Assembly (NCBI GenBank): GCA_963575745.1
Contig: CAUYUJ010000319.1
Coordinates: forward strand, 62,001-115,403
Reading direction: 5' to 3'
Length of the DNA stretch: 53,403 nucleotides
From: Prorocentrum cordatum
Lineage: Eukaryota
Part shown: positions 14,072 through 25,959 of the stretch, piece after piece
Position numbering within the stretch: the first letter of the stretch is position 1
How the letters are laid out: every line of letters starts with the position of its first letter
Program-made: the position numbers and the translations under genes
The notes under the pieces: model-generated
What the model was told of the DNA's origin: nothing
Seen by the model: the letters and a program-made list of their open reading frames with translations, nothing else
Databases searched by the model: none

Positions 14072-15492
14072 GGTGACCGAAATTATTTTACCGCCAACAC
14101 CGAAGTCCAGGATCATCTTCCCCGTGTGGAGGCAGCCCCCTGTGTTGGTGCTGGTGCCAGTTTCCAGCCTTCCAAGATCAGGTGGTGTGCATGGATGTTT
14201 CATCGTGCCTGGGAGCCTCGCTCGGACGTGGCCACTGCTTACCGAGGGAGGAGGAGGAGGAGGAGGAGGAGGAGGAGGAGGAGGAGGAGGAGGAGGAGGA
14301 GGAGGAGGAGGAGGAGGAGGAGGAGGAGGAGGAGGAGGAGGAGGAGGAGGAGGAGGAGGAGGACACGCGCGCATCGCGGGGCAGGTTGCGCGCGAAAGTG
14401 GATGTTTCCTCGTGCCCGGGAGCCTGCCGTGGCCACCGCTTACCCGCGGCGATGCGCCGGCGATGCGCCGGCGACGCCTCGCCGGTCTCCAGGTCGACTG
14501 TCCCCCCCCTTTATCTCCCTTGCCGCCCTTGTCGGGGCCGACGTCGGCCTCCTCCTCCTCCTCGTCCTCGTCCTTGTCCTCCTCGTGCTCGCCCTCGTCC
14601 TCCTCGTCCTCCTCCTTCTCCTCTTCCTCCTTCTCCTCCTCCTCCTCGTCCTCCCTCCTCCTCGTCCTTCCTCTCATCCTCCCACGTCCCTCCTCCTCCT
14701 CCCCTCCTCCTCCTCCTCCCCTCCTCCTCCTCTCCCCTCCTCCTTCCTCCTCCTCCTCCCTCCTCCTCCTCCTCTCCTCCTCCTCATCCTCTCCACTCCT
14801 CACCCTCTCCTCCTCCTCCCTCTCGTTCCTCCCCCACTGCCTCGTCCCCCTGCTCCACGCTGCCTCAGCTGCGCAAGAGACAGGCGAGGGGCACTCCTTG
14901 TCGTGGCCGCCCTCCTCCTCTCCCCCTCCTCTTCGTCCTCCTCCTCCTCCTCCTCTTCTTGCTCCTCATCCTCTTTTCCCCCTCCTTTTCCTCCTCCTCC
15001 TCCTCCTCCTCCTCCTCCTCCTCCTCCTCCCCTTGCTTCACGCGTTCTCAGCTGCGCGTTGTAAGAGACAGGCGGAGGGGATGCAGGCTTGCCTCGCCGA
15101 GTGGATGCGGTCCCCTCGGGAGTGGCGCGGGAGCTGGCCGCGCACCGTGCGCCGCGGCCCAGGTCGGCGCGCTGCCCTGCTTCGGGGCCAGGGCGGCGCT
15201 GCGAGGGCACGTTCGCGAAATCGGGAGGAGGAGGAGGAGGAGGAGGAGGAGGAGGAGGAGGAGGAGGAGGAGGAGGAGGAGGAGGAGGAGGAGGAGGACA
15301 CGCGCGCATCGCGGGGCAGGTTGCGCGCAAAATCGGGCGGCCCGGGTGCTGTGACTTTGTATTTAGGTTTTTATACCGCAAGGGCTTCGCCCCATGCCGC
15401 CGGCCCTCTGTCGCGGATAGTGGGAGGTGCAAGAGCTAATTCATGAGGTCTGGGCGCCGCCGTGAAGCAGTGTCGGGACCCGTTCGTTTTTC

Positions 15493-16012
15493 GACCCTGA
15501 CCCTACGGATCTGCGTCACGGGTGCCACCGAATTTCAGAAATGTGGCAAATCCCTTCTGTTTTTGGACCCTGACCCTACCGCCGAATTTCAGAAATGCAG
15601 CACATCCTTTGTGTTTTTGGACCCTGACCCTGCCGATCTGCGTGAGGGGTGCCACCGAATGTCAGAAATGTGGCAAATCCCATTTGTTTTTGGACCCTGA
15701 CCCCGCCGATCTGCGTGAGGGGTGTCAGCGAATTTCAGACATGTGGCAAATCCTTTGTGTTTTTGCACCCTGACCCCGCCGATCTGCGTGAGTGGTGCCA
15801 GCAAATTTCAGAAATGAGGCAAATCCCATGTGTTTTGGACCCTGACCCCGCCGATCTGCGTGAGGGGTGCCAGCAAATTTCAGAAATGTGGCAAATCCCA
15901 TGTGTTGTTGGACCCTGACCCCGCCGATCTGAGTGAGGGGTGCAAGCGAATTTCAGAAATGTGGCAAATCCTTTGTTTTTGGACCCTGACCCCGCCGATC
16001 TGCGTGAGGGGC
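15493..16012. repeat. ~73-bp minisatellite, ~7 units
   Basis: GACCCTGACCC unit starts at 15493, 15566, 15620, 15693, 15766, 15838, 15911 and 15982. Confidence 0.92.
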
Positions 16013-16172
16013 GTGAATTTTTACCCACCCCAGCAATTCAGAGCACACGCTCAGGGCGTGGTAAACATGCTCGTTTTGGGCCTCCCCCCCTCGCGCGGTC
16101 CATCAACAAGGAACAGTAAGCAGCAAGAAGCAGAACTGTAACAGTGGAAACTGGAAGCTGCAACTGGTACAG

Positions 16173-16197
16173 GAAACTGCGAACCTTCGCCCTACAG
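16173..16197 (+). CDS. Probable upstream micro-exon of the kinase (RKLRTFALQ)
   Basis: Follows an AG|G acceptor. LRTFAL placed before EELDEAT reproduces the F.xxEL..AT motif that precedes Pelle/RLK kinase domains. The donor is unclear (ACAG shared with the next acceptor). Confidence 0.5.
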
Positions 16198-16300
16198 CCT
16201 GGTGGCCCCACAAGGGGGCCGGCGGATTTGTGCTGTTGCTTTTTGTTTTCGCCCGTGTCATGTCTACAGAAAACCAGACTTCTCCCCGCCGTTGTGACAG

Positions 16301-19300
16301 GAGGAGCTGGACGAGGCGACCTGCCGGTGGGACAGCTCTCGCCGCCTCGGCTCGGGCCGTTACGGCGCGGTCTACAAGGGCCAGCTCCGCGACGGCGCCA
16401 AGGTCGCGATCAAGGCGCGCCCTCGGGAGCCGGTAAGTCTCCCCCCCCACCCCAACGTTTTGGTGCACGATTCCGAAGTGGAGGACAAGGGTACATTCAG
16501 TTAGAGCCCCGAATAATCAGGGGCCTCGGCGCCAGCGACATTTTCGTTGTACAGTGGGACGCGCATCAAGAAGCCATCTGCTTTTTGTCATGGCGACCTG
16601 GGTTTCTTCTCTCCGCGCGCTGCGCGGTGACTTCTCGCGGCCGTTGAAGAAGCTGCTGCGTTCAGGGTGCTCTGAGTCCCTCCCCGTGTGCATCTCGCGC
16701 GTGGGTTTTCAGGGCTGGGCTTCTGACGAGGGTTTCCTGCGTTCAGGGTGCTCTGGATCTCCCCCCCCGTGGGCATCACTCGCGCGCGGGTTTTCAGTGT
16801 TTGGTTTCTGGAGATGGTTTCCTGCGGCCGCGTCCGTACTGTATGGATATATTCACCGCCCACTGGGGTCCCAGGATGTCGCTTCCCCAGGCGGTGGATC
16901 GTCCAGGCCTCCCAGATGGGGTCGGAGCAGATGGGGTCGGAGGGTCGCTCCGCATCGACGATGCATCGGCGAGGCGGCTCGATGTGGAGTCCGATTTTCC
17001 CCATGCCGACTCATCGCCGATGCATCGCCGACGTCGCCGATGCATCGCCGACGAGTCGGGGATGCATCAGCGATGCGGCGCGACCCTCCGACCCCATCTA
17101 CGGTCGGACCGGGGTATAAGATCGAGGTCGGTTTGCGGAGGGTACCCCGAGGTTCTTCGGGCCTCTTGGATGCTCATGTGTGTGTTGGGTCGGCGGAGGG
17201 CCTCGTCTTATTGAGGGATGCGCCTCTGGCCCAGCTCCGACTGCACTCGGACCCCGTCCAGGAGGCCTCCGAGGACGTCGGCTGTTCCGGCGGCGGGTGC
17301 TGACAGACCCCCGCCTCTCTGGGGAGCGGCGGGGCGTGGCAGAGAGAGGGCCGGCGCGCACCGGGCCCCGGGCGGGGACTGCCGGCAGGCCATTGACCTG
17401 GCGGCGCTGCTGCGGAACGGCGAGCGCCCCGAGGACCCCCCGCGCCACTGGGCTGCCCTGCTGCGCCCGTGCTGAGACGCAGCACGAGCAGGCGGACCGA
17501 GGTCCGAGATCGAGGTCGGTTCGGGGAGGGTGCCCCATGGTTCTTCGTGCTTGTCGGGTGTGCTTGTGCATCCTGCGGGAGGGCCCCTTCGGATGTCCTT
17601 CAGGTTGGGCCGGAGGAGGGTCGCATGTTCTCGAAGGCTGTTCGTATGTCCTAGGTCCGGTACCTGCCCTGATGCTTCCGTGTTGGAGCGCAGCACGCAC
17701 CGTGTTCAGAGCGTCGGTGTTGACACGCGGCGTGTTTGCTCGGATCGTGCTGGTCCACGTTCTAGCGAACGCATCGCGCCAGTCTTGTGTGTTTCGGTCT
17801 ACGAGTTGCGCTCCGTGTCAACACGCTACGGGTTGCGTGCTGCGTATCGGGGCAGCTAAGCCCCCCCCCCCAGCCAGGGCCCGTTTCGATCTGATCGATC
17901 CGATTCGATGTCGATTCCGGCCAGCCCGATCCGATCCGATTCTGGCCCGTCCCGATGCCTGCGCGGCGCTGCTGTGCGTCCCGGCGCAGCCGCTCTGGCT
18001 CGATGTCGCCTCCGTGAGGATGCGGTCCGAGCCGATGCATATCTCGATTCGACCCGATTTGCCGATTCGAGGCTGACGCATCTTGCCCCGTCTCGTGCTC
18101 GTCTAGGGGGCCACACGCGAACCCTACCCCTACCCCCCACGATTTCTGAGGGGGAGGGTGGGGTTCACTTCGCTCGGGTGCTCCCAGACGAAGTGAACCC
18201 CACCCTCCTCTCAGAAATCGTGGGGGGGTAGGGGTAGGGTTCGCGTGTGGCCCCCTAATCTTGCCCCGTCTCGTGCTGGTCACCGCCGCCGTCGCTCGAA
18301 GCACACAGAGCGAGTGGCATAAGCATACAGTTTTTCTCCGGAGCCCTGCGCGGATTCCTCGCAGCGGCGCCGGGCCCCCTTGGGCGGCGCCCGCTGGCGC
18401 CTCCCGCGGGCTCGCCCTGCGCGCCAGGGAGGGTTTTTTCCAGCGCGGGCCCAAGAAATCCGCGTGGATCTTCAAGACATTATTACCAGCCTCGAACTTA
18501 TCCCTACCCCTAAGACTGACACGCCAAAAGGCGATGACAATCTCAGGGATGCGCCCTCAAAAAACAAGGGAATCCCTAAGATTGGCATCGTGATGAGGAG
18601 ATGCCCAGCATAGGGATAGGGATATGTTCCAGGCTGGTAACATTACGTTTCTGCAGCCTTTTGCTCCAGTCGTCGGCGTCGTCGTGGTCGTCGTCGTGGC
18701 CGTCGTCGTGGTGGTGGTGGTGGTGGTCGTCGTCGTCGTCGTCATTGCCGCCTCTTGCGCCCCTCCCGGAGGATTGCGGCTTCGAGCGGGAGGCGCGGGT
18801 CGGGGCGACGGCAGCGGGGGGGGGGGACAGTGAGCTGTCAAGGCGTGGACAAGGATTTGCGGTCAGGAACTTTGGCTCAGCGTGTCGCTCCGTCGGTTTT
18901 GGCCCACCTCGCTTCTGCGCGACACGCTACCTACGTCCCAGTCCCCAAGCGCCAATGTACAGAGCTTTTTCCAGCCTCCTGCCCCGCGGTGCGGAGCGAC
19001 ACGCCGCCGCGACACGCTAAGCAACAGTTTCCGACCGTGATCAGATTTTTCCCGAACGTCGCCTACCCAAACGGGTCATCGGCAAATGTGTCATCGATCT
19101 CTGCCTCCATCCATTTTCAGTCCTCGGCCCCCCACGTTGCATGAATGAACGGGGGGGGCGATTTCATTGTTTCAGTTTTTCCAAATCGTGCTTCTGCTGC
19201 AGCGTTAGCTTCGTTTCCGCACTTTCACTTCTTCCAAATCGTGCTCCCACTGCAGCGCTTGTCTCATTTCCGCGTTTTCGGTCCTTCGAAATCGTGCTCC

Positions 19301-20660
19301 CGCTGCAGCGCTGATCTCATTTTGCGCTTCCCGCTTTCCAAACCGTCCATTTGAATTTCCCGTCCTGTGTCATTTCTGGTCCCCCTTTGACCTTGGTGTC
19401 GAAATAAGTCGCGTTCTCGACGCGATGCCGTGTTATACCGCGCTGTACCACGCATCGCGCACTCTCCCGGGATCATTGCCTTGCTCGACATGCGACTGTG
19501 CGAATAGAGAGGATATCTACGCCATGGTAAGGGATGGGAGGGAGGGGTAAGACGTCAGATATGACGCTTGCACATTTAGCTTGCCCCTTTTCCTTTCTCC
19601 CCTCTCTGCCTCTTCTTGTTGCCCACTCCTATTTCTTGTATTCGCGGCAGTTGGAACATATACATTACCAGTGGCGGACTGCTTTTCAAACCCAGCGCTT
19701 TTTGAGGGTCGGGGGCGACGTCAGGGTGGCGTGGTGTATACCTATTGTTTCAGTTTCCCGAGGAGCACCGACAATGTATGCACCAGGATCCCGCATACAC
19801 CAGGGCCCGCTTGCCTGTGCAGGTGTCAGTGCAGGGTCGGAACACGCGTCGGTGTCTAGAATCCGGCTCCCTGCTTTCTATATCCACCCTCACTTTCCTG
19901 CCCCTGTCTCTTCCTCTTCTTCGTCTTCTTCTTCTTCTTCGTCTTCTTCTTCTTCTTCGTCGTCTTCTTCGTCTTCTTCTTCTTCGTCCTCTTCTTCTCC
20001 GTCTTCTCGCCAGCTTTCCTCGGGCCACCTCGGCCCCTGCCAGTCCTCGGCACCCCCGCTGCTCCGCCCTCGCCCTCCCCGCCCCTCCCCGGCGCCGCCG
20101 CGCTGCCCGGCGCTCCTCCTCGCTCCTCGCTCCTCCCGGCCCCGCCGCTGCGCTGGCGCGGCTCCTGCTCCTGCCGCTGCCGCTCCTCCTCCTCCTCCTC
20201 CTCCTCCTCCTCCTCCTGCGCCTCCTCCTCCTCCTCCTCCTCCTCCTCCTCCTGCTGCTCTCCTGCTGCTCCTCCTGCGCCTCCTCCTCCTCCCTCCTCT
20301 CTCCTCCTCCTCCTCCTCCGGCTCCTCCCTCCTCCTCCTCTCCTCCTCCGCCTCCTCCTCCTCCTCCTCCTCCTCCTCGTGCTCCTCGCGAGCTGCCCTG
20401 TGCCCTGGTTGCTGCTCCTCCCTCCCTGTCCTCCAGCCTCGCACCCCGCCTCCTCTCTCCTCTCCTCCTCCGCTCCGCTGCCGGTGCCGCTGCTCCTCTT
20501 CGCAGCGTCTCCTCCTCCTCCTCCGGCTCCTCCTCCTCTCCTGCTGCTCCTCCTCCTGCTCCTGCTCCTCCTCCTCCTCCTCCTCCTCCTTCCCCCCCAG
20601 CCGCCCTCTACCCCTCCTGTTCGTCCTCGTCCTTCCTGTCGACCTTCCTTCTCATCGACC

Positions 20661-20698
<38 letters not shown>

Positions 20699-23600
20699 TT
20701 CGACGGCAGCCTCTTCGGCCTCCTCCCAATCTTTCCCCTGCCCCTCATCCGCTTTCTCCTCCTCCTCCTCCTCCTCCTCCTCCTCCTCCTCCTCCTCCTC
20801 CTCCTCCTCCTCCTCCTCCTCCTCCTCCCCCTCCGCGCACTCGCTGGACCTTTCGCTCTGCTCCGACGCTGAAGGATGCCGATGGGGGCACCTCCGGCCT
20901 CCCGCTGCCTTCTCCGCCAGAGCTCCCAGGGGCGAGGAGCGCGGCACGGCAGGGGGCGCCCGCCCGGCAGCGGCTGCGGAGAGAGCGGGGCCTGAGCCGG
21001 AGGCTCGCCTCGATATGCCCGTGGCCCGCCATGCCATTCGTGGTGCAGTCGGGGCCCTGAAGAAGGAACCCTTTTTCAGAGCCCCGAATCATCAGGGGTA
21101 ACTCGGGTCAGGGATAACTCGGGTTCGTTTTTTCGGGAATCCGAACCCGAGTTACCCCGTACCCGAGTTACCCCGGATAACTCGGGCGTCCAGAGCCCCG
21201 AATCATCAGAGGTAACTCGGGTCAGGGATAACTCGGGTTTTTTTTTTCGGGAACCCAAACCCGAGTTACCCCAGACCCGAGTTACCCTGGATAACTCGGG
21301 CGCTCAACTTTTTGTTGGGGAGGGGCTCCGTGTTCCTTCGTTGTTTTGCAGTTTGCCTCGGGTTTTCCTCAGGTTTTCCATGGGGAGTCGAAGTTCAACT
21401 TATGGAAAAATAGGGGCCCCGTTCCTTATTTAGGGTTCCTTAGGTCAACGCCCCGACTGTAGAGCTGGCAGAAAAGAGGCGGGTATAGTTTTAGCTTTTA
21501 TCATTCCTGTGCCTCGGAGGAGGAAGAGGTACCCATACCTCTACCCCGTGGCCCGTTTTCCCCTTTTTGAGCCTCCTGGGAGGCCCTCGTCGCCACCGCT
21601 GGATTCGCCTCGAAAGTCTGGTCAGAACGCACCCCAGGAGAGGTCCGGGGAACAGCGGTATCGGTACCTTGTGCTCTCCCCAATGCCGATCTATCTGGAC
21701 AGGCCAACGGCTGCAGCAAGAAGGGTACGATGCCTCGACCAGATGCCCATGCGGCTTGTAGTCAGATGATGCTTCGCACAGGCTGCACCGCTGCCTGCAA
21801 CAGCTCCCCTTGGGGAGGAAATGCTGCAGACAGCCGATATGACCATCCTCGATGACAAGTGCCGGAACTTTCCACTGACATGCGGATTTTTAGAATTGCT
21901 TTGGTTCTTTGTGCAACCTCCCAAGGGTACGGGTACTGTGCCCTACCGATTCTGCTGCGCGGATCCCTCGATCGGCATCCGAGACGCCTTCAGGAGGGAA
22001 GTTTTCGCCGACGGCTCGTGCCCTAAGGGCGGGTCCGCAGAGTTCCGCGTGGCAGGATGGGCGGTGATTGCGCTCACTGTCGGGGGTGACCTTTCTGCGG
22101 CAAGCTGGGGGGCGGTGGGCGACCGGTACCCGCAGACGTCACCAGCAGCAGAGCACGTGGCCGTCCCAGCGGGCATGGAACACTGCCCAGAGGCAGACGC
22201 CATCCACTCTGATTTCTTGGAGGTGTTGCAGCTCGCCTCGGTGCCGTGGGCGCAAGTTGTCGCCAGGCACCGCATCGGCGCAGGCTTTCGAGTGAAGGGC
22301 AGATCTTGCCCAGCCTGGGATAGAGAACTTACCATCTATAAAGGTCGCGGCGAAAGTAGATGATGACACGCTGGAGCCTCAGACGCGGGAGGGGCACCTG
22401 GGTCCTAGCACAGCCATCGTTTGTGGAGCGCCAGACCTGCAGTGAGAACGACGCAACTCTGAAGCAGTACCTGTGCTACGCGGCACATGGGCTGCTACTG
22501 TACTCTTGGCAGGTGCCATCAAAAAAGAAAAGGGAAGCCTTCCAAAAGGAAAGGCGAAACCCAGGTTTCCAGACAGGCGCATCGGCGGCCAAAGATGTGT
22601 TGCCAGAGCCAACCAAGGAGGGGCTGCGCTTAATCCGCGCGCACCATCCCCCACTCTTGACCCAACCTCGTCCTCCTCCAGCAGCGGCTCAGCCAGCGAA
22701 CGCGGCCGAAATCCAGGACTCGCGCAGGCGAGGCAATGCTCACCATTTCAGATGGATGCGCAGAAAATGGGCGTGCCAACGGTGCCTCAGACGCACGCTG
22801 CGCGATCCCCCCTTCTTGCCTTTTCAGTGCCCAGGACACAACCAGGTGCTCAGCGCACTTGCTGCGGAGCCGAGGGGACACTCGTTTTGGTAACAGCCAC
22901 GCCCGACGGCATTCTGTTTGCATGACATGTGGTTGTATATCGGACGGAGTGCGGGTGGAGAAGCTCGGTGCGGACTGCAAGGACCGCCCCGCCAGTGACC
23001 ACACTCGGTCCAGTTTAAGGCGGGTCCGCAACGGACAACACCCGTCCCACAGGCGTGCCATCCCGATTGTACTTGACGAATAAGTGTCTTCGCGTGACTT
23101 TTCGTAACTGAATTAGACCACCTCCTAGGACTGCGGCGGCACCAATACAGAGGGGTCCGTAAATCAAGTCATCGCCCCCATTCGTCATCGCTTCAGCGAA
23201 GGTTGAGTCGTGGGGAGCAGGCAGCATTTGTATTGTATGCTACATCCCCCCTGCTTGCGACAACAGTGCTTCACAGTCGTGGGGCGGCCGTTCGCTGGGC
23301 GGGCCAGGGCGGTAAAAGCCAAGGTTCAGCCTGGAGCCACGAGTGTAAAGTGTGCTTCGCCGTCGTGGGGCGACCCAGGAGCCAGCTGCAGTCCTGCAGG
23401 TTTTGGGTTTCAGTATACGGGTCTCGGATGATGCAGGGGCAGACTGTGACCCGAGCTTCGCAGTCGTGGGATCGCCCTTTGCGCGAAACTTGCGCGAACA
23501 AGGGGGCAGCCCTTTGGGCAAAAGCTTTATGGACTATGCCATAGTCATAACCTGTAGCTGATACTTGTGCTCCACAGTCGTGGGGCAACCCAGGGGCCAG

Positions 23601-25921
23601 TTGCAACTTGTGCTTCGCAGTGGTGGGGCAGCCTTGCGGGCGTAAGATAATAGGCGATGCAACAGCCTATAGCTGTTACCCATGCTCCACAGTCGAGGGG
23701 CGACTGAAGAGACTGTTGCAACTTCTGTCTAACAGTCGTGGGGCAGCCCTTTGGGCGAAATTGTAAAGTTTGTAGCTGCCACTTGTGCTTCGCAGTAGTG
23801 TGTAGCTCTTCATCGGGTACTGCCACCTGTTTCTTCTCTGAGTATCAAGAGGCTGGAGGTGACGTGGACAGGGTTTGGAGGATGAGTGAGTAGGACTTGG
23901 AATGGAGAGGAGTTTTTCCGACCCGACGCTGAAGGTCCGCTGTCTTGAGCCAGAGGGCGTCGGTAACCGAAGGCCGTCTGGAAGCGAAGCACGGGGGGAC
24001 AATTTCGCTAACACTCGTTCGTGCCAACGTCATGCGACTGCTACCCCCGCGCACGTGCTGACAGAACTAAGTCGCACACGGGCTTACAGCAGCACCAGGG
24101 CTGTAGGGGTGTGATACACAGAATTTGGGTTACAGCTGGGCCGGCTTTCCTGGCCGAGAAGAGCTTGTATAGATGTTCCTACTCGTGCAAAGCTGCTATC
24201 CCACTTAGTGGGAGTGTTAATCCTCAGGGGTCTTTGGTGGCCTCCAGAAGTCAACTCAGGGCTCTCACCAAACGTGGATGGCCACCGAGCAGGCTCATGC
24301 GTCATGCGGGTGCTTCACCCTTGGGCGCGCGTGCGGTTAATACATCCTCTGGTTCTCTAGTATGCTGTACATAAGGAGGTCAGGGTCTTCTCCATCGGGT
24401 ATTGCCATCTGCTGCATCTCTGAGTATCAAGAGGTTGGAAGTGTTGTGGACAGGGTTTGGAGGATGAGTGAATAGGAATTGGAATGGAGAGGACATTTTT
24501 GTTTGTCCGACCCTACGCTGAGGGTCCGCTGTCTTGAGTCAGACGGCGTCGGTAACCGAACACCGTTCGGAAGCAAAGGAAGGGGGGACAATTCGGTATC
24601 CGTATGTTTCCAGCAGGGTATCTAATTCATCCCGCGGTTTACCCAGCCCGCACTACTTTTGGGGCGGCAGCGTTGGGTCGGGGGGAACGGGCCGAAGAGT
24701 AATCCCCCCTTTCCCACCTTGCAGACGCCCTCTAACCCCCCTCGCCCCTCGCCCTACCCCTGGCCAGGCGGGCGGCCCCGGACAATTCACGAACATCTGC
24801 TCCCCGGAGAGGGCGTTTGGTTCACGAGTTGTCCGGGGCGTCCCGTCTGGCCAAAGGGAGGCTCGGACTGACGCCGAAGGCGGCCCATTGGCTCCACGGC
24901 AGTCTTGCAAGGGGCGAGCTGGGCGGCCTTGCCGTGCCAATGCCGGGGGGGTGATCGAGGCGCTGAGGGCGTGCTTCGCAGTCGGGGGGTGACCCAGGGG
25001 CCAGTTGGAACTTGTACTTCACAGTCGTTGGGAAGCCCTATCCCTTTGGGCGGAAGCGGATAGGCCATGTGATAGCCTATAGTTGGTATTTATGCTTCAC
25101 AACCGTGGGGCGACCCAGTGGCCAGTGGTAACTTGTGCCTCACAGTCGTGTGGCAGCCTTTTGAGCGACAGTTTATAGGCTATGTTATAGCTGATACGTC
25201 AAGATGCATACTTCCCAGTTGACAGGGGCAAGGGCCCAGACCCATTTGGATCATACATATTCGAAGGGCACGAGCATGGTAATACTTTATCCGTGTCCTA
25301 AGAGACAGCCTTGACAATCCTCCTCCTTGTCCTCCTCCTCCTTCTCCTCCTCCTCCTCCTCTCCTCCTCCTCAACCTCCACGTCCTCCTCCCCCCTCCCC
25401 TCTTCCGCCTTCCAGCCACCCCCCCGCCGCTGCAGCCGTTTTGGGCCCCCAGTCCTCCGCGCAGCCCTCTGGGCCGTGCCCCCCCCCAGGAGCCGCAGGT
25501 GGCCACACATGCTTCCCGGCCGCGCGGCGCAGCAGCTCCTCGCGCGGCGCCCCGCGGCCTGCGGCGCGGCGGCGCAGCGCTTCAACTCCAAGGCCGCCGG
25601 GTCTGGCGCGTGGCTCGCGGGGCCGAGGATCGGGGAGCAGTCTCGAGCGCTCTCTGGCTCCTCTCCGCCGGGTGTTGCTAGAAGTGCCCCTGGTCCAAGG
25701 TGCCCCCAGGATTTCCGAGGTGGCCCCCATGGCCCACAGAACACCCCTCACGAGGCCCAGGGGGCCCCAGGAGCTCCTTAGGCCAGGGGACCTTTAGGGG
25801 CACCTTGGGGGGGCACCTTGGGCCAGGGCACCTTTAGCAACCTCCGACTCCGAGGCGGGGATTTATACATGACCACGGCCTGGGGGATCCATTCTCGGAG
25901 ACCTCGGCGGGTGGTGGATAT

Positions 25922-25959
<38 letters not shown>

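Noticed and set aside
15493..16012. CRISPR-like array
   Set aside because: Whole 73-bp units repeat with no unique spacers and no cas genes; eukaryotic minisatellite.
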